This document shows, one piece after another, positions 57,168-64,000 of a stretch of 64,000 bases of DNA. Source of the stretch: an uncultured Christensenellaceae bacterium (GTDB taxonomy: Bacteria > Bacillota > Clostridia > Christensenellales > Pumilibacteraceae); the NCBI GenBank assembly GCA_910587455.1, contig CAJULK010000008.1, positions 19,929-83,928 on the forward strand, read 5' to 3'. A program made the translations under genes and the position numbers. Every line of letters starts with the position of its first letter. Position 1 is the stretch's first letter. The notes beneath the pieces were generated by a model. The model had not been told where the DNA came from. It ran no database searches and worked only from the letters and a program-made list of their open reading frames with translations.

Positions 57168-58427
57168 ATGAAACGACGGTCGCTTTTAATGTTTATAGTT
57201 TGTGCGTTGTCGGCTATGCTCATGGCTTTTTTGCTGATGGGGTGCGCCGTCGAGCCGCGCAGCGCTGCGGACGTTATTCCCGAATCTATCGGAAAACCCG
57301 AGGGGTTATGGTTGTACCGCGGCAATGTGCGCATGCGCACGGACGGTTCGCAAGCCGAAAACATTTTGAGCGATATACAAATAAACGACGTGTCGTATTC
57401 CAAGGACGACTATTCGGTTTGTAAGTCCGCTTATCTTACCGAAGAACATGTCGTATTTTACATCGTCGAACTGTCGGACAACGCGCGACACATCGTGAGA
57501 TACGATTACAAGAATAAAACGACGTCGCACGTGTACGATATTTCCGATATAGCCGAAGACGATCTTTGCATACAATACTCGGATGAGTATTATTACGTGT
57601 CGGATAGCCAAAATGAGCGAGGCTTACTTTTTTCTTCGACCGGCGAACTGCTGTGCGATTCGATTTACGGAGTTTTGAACGGAGATCTTTTGCACGACGG
57701 TATCAACAACGGTCTTGCTCATTATACTTTCACGTGGTATAAAAACGGAAAAGTTCACTCAGTTGAATCGAAAGTTGCGGGAGTAGCTTTCAGTTGCCGA
57801 GATATGGTGTATTACAACGATTACTGCTATTTTTTGGACGCACGCCTTCCTCGCGTCGTAGATGCCGTCGGCGGAAAGTTAAGCGATCTGAACATAAAAG
57901 CCGACGACAAGTCTGCGGCAGTTTTCGTCGAAGATTATTATGAGTACGGCGGACACCTGTATTTATTAACATTGCATTACGAAGACGATTTGCATATTTA
58001 CAGACTTTTCGACGTGTACGGGAGCGAGGCTCGGCTCGTGTACAATTTCGGCAACGGATCGCACGGTGGCGCTAAAATGAAAGTCAATGGGAGTATGATG
58101 TATTTTTCGTTGCCTTACGACGGAAGGCATGTAAAGTATTTTTCGTACAACGCGGCAACCGACAAAATCAAGCGCGTATTTTCAAAGGATTATGCCAAAG
58201 GTTCAAGCACTCAAAGCGCGTCGCGTACAGACATAAAAAAGCGAGTCGGAGAATATACGTTTTATGTGGACTCAATCGGGTATGACGATCAGCCGAATAT
58301 GATGGGCACGTCATACACGAAAACATGCTATTATCTTATGCGTGAGCATAAAGGTAAGTCGGAAATAATGCAGTACAGTCTCAACGGCAACGGCGGCAAA
58401 TTTTTCGACGATATTTGCAATTTTTGA
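57168..58427 (+). CDS. putative lipoprotein, Tyr-rich and beta-rich
   Basis: Signal peptide ending in LMGC lipobox; TTGCAA-17-TATAAT ends 6 nt before the ATG. Confidence 0.75.
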   Translation: MKRRSLLMFIVCALSAMLMAFLLMGCAVEPRSAADVIPESIGKPEGLWLYRGNVRMRTDGSQAENILSDIQINDVSYSKDDYSVCKSAYLTEEHVVFYIVELSDNARHIVRYDYKNKTTSHVYDISDIAEDDLCIQYSDEYYYVSDSQNERGLLFSSTGELLCDSIYGVLNGDLLHDGINNGLAHYTFTWYKNGKVHSVESKVAGVAFSCRDMVYYNDYCYFLDARLPRVVDAVGGKLSDLNIKADDKSAAVFVEDYYEYGGHLYLLTLHYEDDLHIYRLFDVYGSEARLVYNFGNGSHGGAKMKVNGSMMYFSLPYDGRHVKYFSYNAATDKIKRVFSKDYAKGSSTQSASRTDIKKRVGEYTFYVDSIGYDDQPNMMGTSYTKTCYYLMREHKGKSEIMQYSLNGNGGKFFDDICNF

Positions 58428-58476
58428 TACATTTCGGATAAACAGAACGCTTCGATAAATTTCGCGGCTAACGGAC

Positions 58477-58508
58477 AAATACGGACATAAATGTCCGTAT
58501 TTTTTTTG
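58477..58508 (+). terminator. intrinsic terminator
   Basis: AAATACGGACA/TGTCCGTATTT stem followed by a T-run. Confidence 0.85.
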
Positions 58509-58567
58509 CTATTCTTAATTAGTACCCGTTCGGTATGTTCCGAAACGATTTTACGGGAGACTTGATT

Positions 58568-58876
58568 ATGAAAATTGAGCATTACAATTCAAACGGAGAA
58601 TTGCATATCAAACTTTGCGGCGAGCTCGACGAAATGTCGGGATCTTACGTTCGTCTGACACTCGACGGGCTTACGGAAGATGCGGCGCTTCGTCGAGTGT
58701 ACATCGATATGTCCGATCTTTCTTTTATGGATTCTACGGGCATAGGCGTGCTCATAGGACGATATAAGCGCTTAAAACCGCGCGGTATCCCTATTTTTTT
58801 GCAATCGCCGTCGCCGACTGTCGATAGGTTGTTGGGGCTGTCGGGACTTTACGAGATAATGACTAAGGCAGGTTGA
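58568..58876 (+). CDS. spoIIAA: anti-sigma F factor antagonist
   Basis: STAS domain GELD, SFMDSTGIGVLIGRYK. Confidence 0.93.
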   Translation: MKIEHYNSNGELHIKLCGELDEMSGSYVRLTLDGLTEDAALRRVYIDMSDLSFMDSTGIGVLIGRYKRLKPRGIPIFLQSPSPTVDRLLGLSGLYEIMTKAG

Positions 58877-58879
58877 TTT

Positions 58880-59332
58880 ATGAAAAACGAGATGACTTTG
58901 ATATTCGACGCCGTATCGGAAAACGAGGCGTTTGCAAGAAATGCTGTGGCTGCGTTTTGCGTTACGCTCGATCCGACAGTCGATCAGATCAACGATATCA
59001 AAACCGCAGTATCGGAAGCGGTAACGAATTGCATTGTTCATGCGTATGCATCGACGCAATCGCAAAACGACCGAGTTACTATCAATACTAAAATCGACGG
59101 GGAATCCGTACATATCGTCGTTTCGGATACGGGCGTCGGCATTGCCGATATAGAAAAAGCAATGCAGCCGTTCTATACGACGGGAGCGGATCGCGAACGC
59201 AGCGGAATGGGCTTTACTGTAATGGAGTCGTTTATGGACGATCTCAAAGTGGAGAACAATTCGCCGACGGGCACGATAGTTTCCATGACTAAGACGATTC
59301 GAGGTGCGGATTGGAAAAAGAAGAAACCTTAA
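58880..59332 (+). CDS. spoIIAB: anti-sigma F factor
   Basis: NEAFAR, KTAVSEAVTNCIVHAY, ERSGMGFTVMESFMD. Confidence 0.96.
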   Translation: MKNEMTLIFDAVSENEAFARNAVAAFCVTLDPTVDQINDIKTAVSEAVTNCIVHAYASTQSQNDRVTINTKIDGESVHIVVSDTGVGIADIEKAMQPFYTTGADRERSGMGFTVMESFMDDLKVENNSPTGTIVSMTKTIRGADWKKKKP

Positions 59333-60036
59333 AGTTGATAGACAGAGCGCAAAACGGCGATGTCGCCGCAAGCGAAGAACTTATAAGCAAAAATTCACCG
59401 CTGATCAAATCGGTGATACGACGTTACAAAAATAAGGGCGTTGAATATGACGATCTCTATCAGCTCGGTTGTGTCGGATTTATCAAGGCGGTAAAAAACT
59501 TCTCGGCGGTTTACGAGGTGAGGTTTTCTACTTATGCAGTGCCTATGATAGCGGGCGAAGTGAAACGTTTTTTGCGCGATGACGGACCTATAAAAGTTTC
59601 GAGAGGTACAAAAGCGACGGCGATCAAGATTTCCAAGTTTGTCGACGAATACCGCAAGGAACACGGCGAACCGCCGACCATAGATGCTATTTCGAAGCAA
59701 TTCGAAATAGAGCCGCAAGAAGCCGTTTTTATCATGGATTCGAACAAATATCCCGTTTCCATTTACGACAAGACGGATGACGACAATTCGCGAATGTTGC
59801 TCGAAAAATTGCAGTCACCCGAAAACGACGACGAACGGCTCGACAAGATGATGTTGAAGCAGCTGATAACGGCGTTGGAACCGCGCGATAAAAAGATAAT
59901 TCTTTTAAGATATTTTGCCGATAAAACTCAGGCGGAAGTAGCTCGGGTATTGAATGTTTCGCAGGTACAGGTTTCGCGGCTGGAAAATAAAATACTCTGC
60001 AAAATGCGTGAGAATTTTTCGGATATCGAACAGTAA
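59311..60036 (+). CDS. sigF: sporulation sigma factor F
   Basis: FSTYAVPMIAGEVKRFLRDDGPIKVSR, SQVQVSRLE; third gene of spoIIA. Confidence 0.95.
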   Translation: MEKEETLKLIDRAQNGDVAASEELISKNSPLIKSVIRRYKNKGVEYDDLYQLGCVGFIKAVKNFSAVYEVRFSTYAVPMIAGEVKRFLRDDGPIKVSRGTKATAIKISKFVDEYRKEHGEPPTIDAISKQFEIEPQEAVFIMDSNKYPVSIYDKTDDDNSRMLLEKLQSPENDDERLDKMMLKQLITALEPRDKKIILLRYFADKTQAEVARVLNVSQVQVSRLENKILCKMRENFSDIEQ

Positions 60037-60049
60037 TTACGGCTTTATG

Positions 60050-60084
60050 GACGCAGCAATAAAATGCTGCGTTTTTCGTTTTTT
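60050..60084 (+). terminator. intrinsic terminator after sigF
   Basis: ACGCAGCA/TGCTGCGT stem followed by T-runs. Confidence 0.85.
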
Positions 60085-60089
60085 CATAT

Positions 60090-60119
60090 GAATAATCTTT
60101 ATGACAAATCGACAAATTA
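60090..60119 (+). promoter_or_regulatory. putative sigma-G promoter of spoVA
   Basis: GAATA-N18-CAAATTA resembles GHATR-N18-CATAMTA; spoVA is sigma-G dependent in model spore formers. Confidence 0.55.
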
Positions 60120-60231
60120 TTTATATGATAAAAGCAAGACAACGCCCCGCTGGCGAAGGGCTGATATGCGTCACAGAACGTGAGCAGATGGTAAAAAGTA
60201 TTAAGCCGCGAGAGCGGTAAAAGGAGACAGT

Positions 60232-60705
60232 ATGTCCGAAAAATCCAATGCCGTTAAAGAGCGTAACGACAAATACAATAAGTATGTGGAAACGGTTACG
60301 CCCAAAACAAACATTGTAAAAGCGCTTTTCCACAGCTTTATGATAGGCGGCACAACTTGCGTTATCGGTCAGGCTATAGGCGATATCGCCGCGATCGCAG
60401 TGCCGTCGCTTTCCAAAGACATGATATCGAATATAACGTCAATGCTTCTCGTAACGGTTGCGATCTTGTTTACCGGTTTGGGATTTTTCGACGTTATAGC
60501 ACGTCAGGGCGGCGCCGGGTCGTTTTTGCCGATAACGGGTTTTGCCAATGCTATGGCGAGCGCGTCGATGGAATTCAAAACCGAAGGCTTGATTTTCGGC
60601 ACAAGCGTCAAGCTGTTCTCCGTAGTCGGACCTGTTGTAGTTAACGGTGTAGTATGGTCTACGGTTGCGGGACTCATAAATCTTTGGATTCTCGGGAGAG
60701 TTTGA
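60232..60705 (+). CDS. spoVAC: stage V sporulation protein AC
   Basis: IGGTTCVIGQ, GGAGSFLPITGFAN, EFKTEG, GPV. Confidence 0.95.
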   Translation: MSEKSNAVKERNDKYNKYVETVTPKTNIVKALFHSFMIGGTTCVIGQAIGDIAAIAVPSLSKDMISNITSMLLVTVAILFTGLGFFDVIARQGGAGSFLPITGFANAMASASMEFKTEGLIFGTSVKLFSVVGPVVVNGVVWSTVAGLINLWILGRV

Positions 60706-60707
60706 TT

Positions 60708-61448
60708 ATGGCACTTTTCGGTAGGATACGCAGAAGTAAACCCGAAGCGCTGTCCGACGACAATGTCGCGGGCATGCCGCAACCTACGGGCTTTTCGCCT
60801 AGACCGCGGCTTATGCGGTTTTATAATACGCCGAGAATAATCGGGCGTATGAGCGTTGTAGGAAAAAAAGAGTCGAAAGGACCAATGGGAAAGTATTTTT
60901 CTCAGTGTGAATCAGACGACAAACTCGGCGAGAAAACTTTTGAACGTGCGGAAATACGTATGTTCGATACGGCTGTACGCGGTGCCGTGCGCGATGCAAA
61001 GCTCGAGATCGACGATATAGACGTCATGATCTCGGGCGATCTTCTCAACCAAATGACGACTTCAAGCTATGCCGCGCGAGATATAGGCGTTCCGCATATC
61101 GGCATTTACGGCGCGTGTTCTACAATGACTGAGGGGCTTATGCTTGCGGCGACGCTTATAGACGGCGGGTATTTTTCCAATGTGATATGTGCCGCGTCAA
61201 GTCATTTCGCCACTGCGGAAAGACAGTTCAGATATCCGCTCGAATACGGGTGTCAGCGCCCGCCGTATGCGCAGTGGACGGTTACGGGTGCGGCTGCGTC
61301 GGTAGTCGCAAAAAACTGCGCGGAAAACGAACGTTTTCCGAAAATAATTATGGCAATACCCGGCATAATAACCGACTACGGAACAAACGATCTGAATAAT
61401 ATGGGTGCGGCAATGGCACCCGCTAATGTTATAATAGACCCATATTAA
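60708..61448 (+). pseudogene. spoVAD: 5' portion of stage V sporulation protein AD, interrupted at ~61420
   Basis: GDLLNQ, YGACSTM.E, SSHFATAERQFRYPLEYG, QWTVTGA and NMGAAMAPA present; then NVIIDPY-stop; C-terminal TGDLG, GGSGCGC and SIPGIAHA motifs absent. Confidence 0.9.
61397..61447. repeat. putative attL site of a large-serine-recombinase element
   Basis: Perfect inverted repeat TAATATGGGT (61397-61406)/ACCCATATTA (61438-61447) straddling the spoVAD breakpoint. Confidence 0.7.
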
Positions 61449-61541
61449 GGCGAAATCAAGACACTTTGACACAAAAATTCGGTCAAAAAGGAGGTGATGT
61501 AGCTATTTCGCCTAATAATTAACTAAACGGAGTATTTGCTA

Positions 61542-61835
61542 ATGAAAAATCTTATTCCGCCGCCGAGAAAATGTACTTCGAAAAATATAGGCGATAAACA
61601 GTATAACCAAGGCGACAAAAGTTACATACGCCGCGATTATGCGGACGGCTCGGTCGATTTGATTACATATAGCGCGGACACCCGTTCGTGGCTGTATGAA
61701 ACCTATGCAAAAAAGAAAATTATGGGCATAGATTATGACTTTGAATACTGTCTTTCAAGCCCATGCCTTTGCGCACTGTATTTTGTTTCGGCAACTATTG
61801 TGCACGAATATATACGGCGAAAAGAAATTTGCTAA
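61542..61835 (+). CDS. hypothetical protein
   Basis: 97-aa ORF after GGAG; no recognised family. Confidence 0.45.
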   Translation: MKNLIPPPRKCTSKNIGDKQYNQGDKSYIRRDYADGSVDLITYSADTRSWLYETYAKKKIMGIDYDFEYCLSSPCLCALYFVSATIVHEYIRRKEIC

Positions 61836-61888
61836 AATATTAGCAATATCTTGACAAAATAAGAAAATAGTGCTAAAATATTAACACT
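61829..61888 (+). promoter_or_regulatory. TA promoter with two operator palindromes
   Basis: TTGACA (61851)-17-TAAAAT (61874); TTGCTAA-AATA-TTAGCAA (61829-61846) and AGTGCTAA-AATA-TTAACACT (61869-61888). Confidence 0.8.
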
Positions 61889-62179
61889 ATGGAAAGAAAA
61901 TTTGATATAAACGAATTCGTACCTGCGCATACCGAGCAAACGGTCGTCGCCGAACTTGTCGATAGGGTAAAAATGCGCCGCAAAGAACTCGGATTATCCC
62001 AAAGATATCTTGCGGTGCGTTCGGGGGTCAGTTACGGGTCAATCAGACGTTTCGAGAAATCGGGCGATATATCGCTGTCGTCGCTCGTAAAGATAGCGCA
62101 CGCTATGGATTGCTTGACCGATTTTAACGAACTGTTCAAGTACAAAAAAATAACGAGCTTAAAGGACTTTAACGGTTGA
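61889..62179 (+). CDS. XRE-family HTH protein, HipB-like antitoxin
   Basis: RRKELGLSQRYLAVRSGVSYGSIRRFEKSGDISL; TGATG overlap with the hipA-like gene. Confidence 0.88.
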   Translation: MERKFDINEFVPAHTEQTVVAELVDRVKMRRKELGLSQRYLAVRSGVSYGSIRRFEKSGDISLSSLVKIAHAMDCLTDFNELFKYKKITSLKDFNG

Positions 62180-63270
62180 TGGAAAAGATCATAAAATTGA
62201 CAGTATTATATAACGGATCTACCGTCGGATATCTTGCCGAGGTAGAAAACGGACGAATTGCTTTTCAGTACGACGAAAATTGGGTTCGGAACGGCTTTTC
62301 GATCTCGCCGTTTTCGCTACCGCTTAAAACGGAAATTTTTTATAACGCAAAGCACACTTTCGGCGGTTTGTTCGGCGTGTTCAACGATTCGTTGCCCGAC
62401 GGGTGGGGAGAACTTCTCGTCAAGCGTATGCTCGCGCAAAAGGGTGTCAATTACGATAGGTTAAGTTCTCTTACCAAGCTTGCGCTCGTCAGCGGCAATG
62501 GTTTGGGCGGGCTTACTTATGAGCCGTCACTTGCCGAAAAAGTCGATAATGGAAATGTAAATTTGGACGAGTTGTATATCGATGTGCAAAAGATATTCGA
62601 TGACGAGGCGCGTGCGAGTGATTTGGATAAGGTTTTTTCGCTCGGCGGCAGTAGCGGCGGCGCTCGTCCCAAAGCGCATATAAAATTCGACGGAGAAGAA
62701 TGGATTGTAAAATTCCCGACAAAGACAGATCCTATAAACATAGGCGAGCAAGAATACCGTGCAAATATTTCGGCGCAACATTGCGGAATTTCTACAGCCG
62801 AGTTCAAGCTGTTTCCGTCGAAAATTTGTACGGGTTATTTCGGAAGTAAGCGTTTTGACAGATCTGGCTATAAGCGCGTGCATATGGTTTCGCTTTCGGC
62901 TTTGCTTGAAACAACGCACCGCATTCCCAATTTGGATTATATGCATTTGTTTCAAGTCGTGCAAAATATTTGCGTAAACAAAAATGATTTGTATGAAGCA
63001 TATAAGCGTATGTGTTTTAATGTGCTTTACGGCAATCGCGACGATCACGGTAAAAATTTTTCGTTTTTGTACAACGAAGATTTGGGCGGTTATAAATTGT
63101 CACCGGCTTATGATTTGACGAAAGTGACGGATAAACCCGAACACGAGATGACGCTTTTGGGAAACGGCATGCCGACTGAAATCGACTTGATTGCTATCGC
63201 AACGGAAATTAAGTTGCAACAAAGAAAATGTTTAAACATACTTGAAATCGTTAAAAAAGCGATTAAATAA
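62179..63270 (+). CDS. hipA: HipA-family serine/threonine kinase toxin
   Basis: DSLPDGWG, GGSSGGARPK, WIVKFP, KRFDR, NRDDHGKNFS, LSPAYDL. Confidence 0.93.
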   Translation: MEKIIKLTVLYNGSTVGYLAEVENGRIAFQYDENWVRNGFSISPFSLPLKTEIFYNAKHTFGGLFGVFNDSLPDGWGELLVKRMLAQKGVNYDRLSSLTKLALVSGNGLGGLTYEPSLAEKVDNGNVNLDELYIDVQKIFDDEARASDLDKVFSLGGSSGGARPKAHIKFDGEEWIVKFPTKTDPINIGEQEYRANISAQHCGISTAEFKLFPSKICTGYFGSKRFDRSGYKRVHMVSLSALLETTHRIPNLDYMHLFQVVQNICVNKNDLYEAYKRMCFNVLYGNRDDHGKNFSFLYNEDLGGYKLSPAYDLTKVTDKPEHEMTLLGNGMPTEIDLIAIATEIKLQQRKCLNILEIVKKAIK

Positions 63271-63294
63271 CCGATTACGAATAAATTTAATTCT

Positions 63295-63335
63295 AAAACT
63301 CTTGTTTTGAAAAAAATGAGAGTTTTTTTATTTTT
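63295..63335 (+). terminator. probable terminator after hipA
   Basis: AAAACTCT/AGAGTTTT inverted repeat followed by a T-rich tract. Confidence 0.5.
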
Positions 63336-63412
63336 GTGGTTAACTTTTGGATTTTGTTCCGTTTTTATATGTGTCGGCACAAACAACAAAAAAATTATCG
63401 GAGGTAAAGTTT

Positions 63413-63658
63413 ATGGCAAATCAACCGGATTTTATGGAAAATGCGGACAACGTGTACAGGACGCGCGAGTACATAGTGCGGCAGATAATCGGCGTGAATT
63501 ACGACGCGGAAATGGATAATACCGTTTTTAGTCAAGATACATTTTTCGCACGAACGCCGGCATGGGATAAGCAGTACGAGAGCATATTCGCCAAGCGTTT
63601 CAATATAGACGGTCGGCGAATGCGCAGTACGATGTACTCGCGTCAGTATGTAAATTAG
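63413..63658 (+). CDS. small hypothetical protein (81 aa)
   Basis: GGAGGT SD before ATG 63413. Confidence 0.65.
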   Translation: MANQPDFMENADNVYRTREYIVRQIIGVNYDAEMDNTVFSQDTFFARTPAWDKQYESIFAKRFNIDGRRMRSTMYSRQYVN

Positions 63659-63862
63659 CCTTCGCTCGGTATGGGCGGATAGTAGGGTTATGGGAAAAAC
63701 CGAGCGGAGGCTCACAAAAGCGATGAGAAGTAAAATACAGTAATGCGGTTTGAGCTAACGAGTATGACGTCTACCCGTTAAGCCGCCGACGGGAACGTGT
63801 TGTTCCGAAAGAATATTCGATGTCGCAACAATCACAATTTAATAGTTCGTCAAGGACGGACA
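63657..63862 (+). ncRNA. candidate structured RNA or leader within the element
   Basis: 14-bp stem 63657-63670/63699-63712 with one G-U; further hairpins at 63774-63793 and 63845-63861. Confidence 0.4.
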
Positions 63863-63888
63863 AAAATAAAAATTCAATAGGAGGACTT

Positions 63889-64000
63889 ATGGCAAAAGAA
63901 AAGGAAACCGAACAACCGAAAGAAAACAAGTACGGCGGACCGCGTATATGGAGCATTCCGAGTAAGCGTGCGGGCAGGTATGCCAACGAGCGAAGGGCAA
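63889..64000 (+). CDS. hypothetical protein, truncated by window end (MAKEKETEQPKENKYGGPRIW...)
   Basis: AGGAGG SD before ATG 63889; open to the edge. Confidence 0.6.
   Translation, partial: MAKEKETEQPKENKYGGPRIWSIPSKRAGRYANERRA

Larger units (their letters stand above)
61421..64000. mobile_element. left end of an integrative element inserted in spoVAD (continues beyond window)
   Basis: Abrupt loss of spoVAD frame; att-like repeat; TA module and unknown ORFs where the spoVAD 3' end and spoVAE are expected; no recombinase in window. Confidence 0.75.

Noticed and set aside
61197..61472. Minus-strand 91-aa ORF across the att junction
   Set aside because: Mostly antisense to spoVAD, with no SD, and chimeric across the junction.
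63477..63490. GTGCG as a possible group II intron 5' end
   Set aside because: Common 5-mer inside a plausible ORF; no domain V or reverse transcriptase visible in the window.

Overview
Chromosomal segment of a spore-forming Clostridia-like (Bacillota) bacterium, almost all on the + strand. About 61 kb is core genome: atpAGDC, alr, rsmD-coaD, a DAHP synthase, pcrA-ligA, yloC-gmk-rpoZ-coaBC-priA-def-fmt-rsmB-rlmN, rplS, rarA, an ABC exporter, a P-type ATPase, ctsR-mcsA-mcsB-clpC with CtsR boxes, hpf, pgi, lepA-hemW, hrcA-grpE-dnaK-dnaJ with CIRCE, ackA-comF, rny, spoIIAA-spoIIAB-sigF and spoVAC-spoVAD. The main observation is that spoVAD breaks off right after its conserved NMGAAMAPA motif (~61420). 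The break lies inside an asymmetric inverted repeat whose geometry matches a large-serine-recombinase attL site. Foreign-looking DNA follows to the window edge: a hypothetical gene, a HipBA-type toxin-antitoxin pair with operator palindromes, a small ORF, a structured ~230-nt intergenic RNA candidate and a truncated ORF. I infer an integrative element interrupting a forespore sporulation gene, but neither the recombinase nor attR is in the window. Also notable are a 1321-aa, apparently catalytically dead and internally deleted cyclic beta-1,2-glucan synthase/GH94 homologue, several apparently leaderless genes, and a candidate 31-aa uORF before spoVAC. No rRNA, complete tRNA or CRISPR array was seen. 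All calls come from motif recognition by eye; no searches were run.
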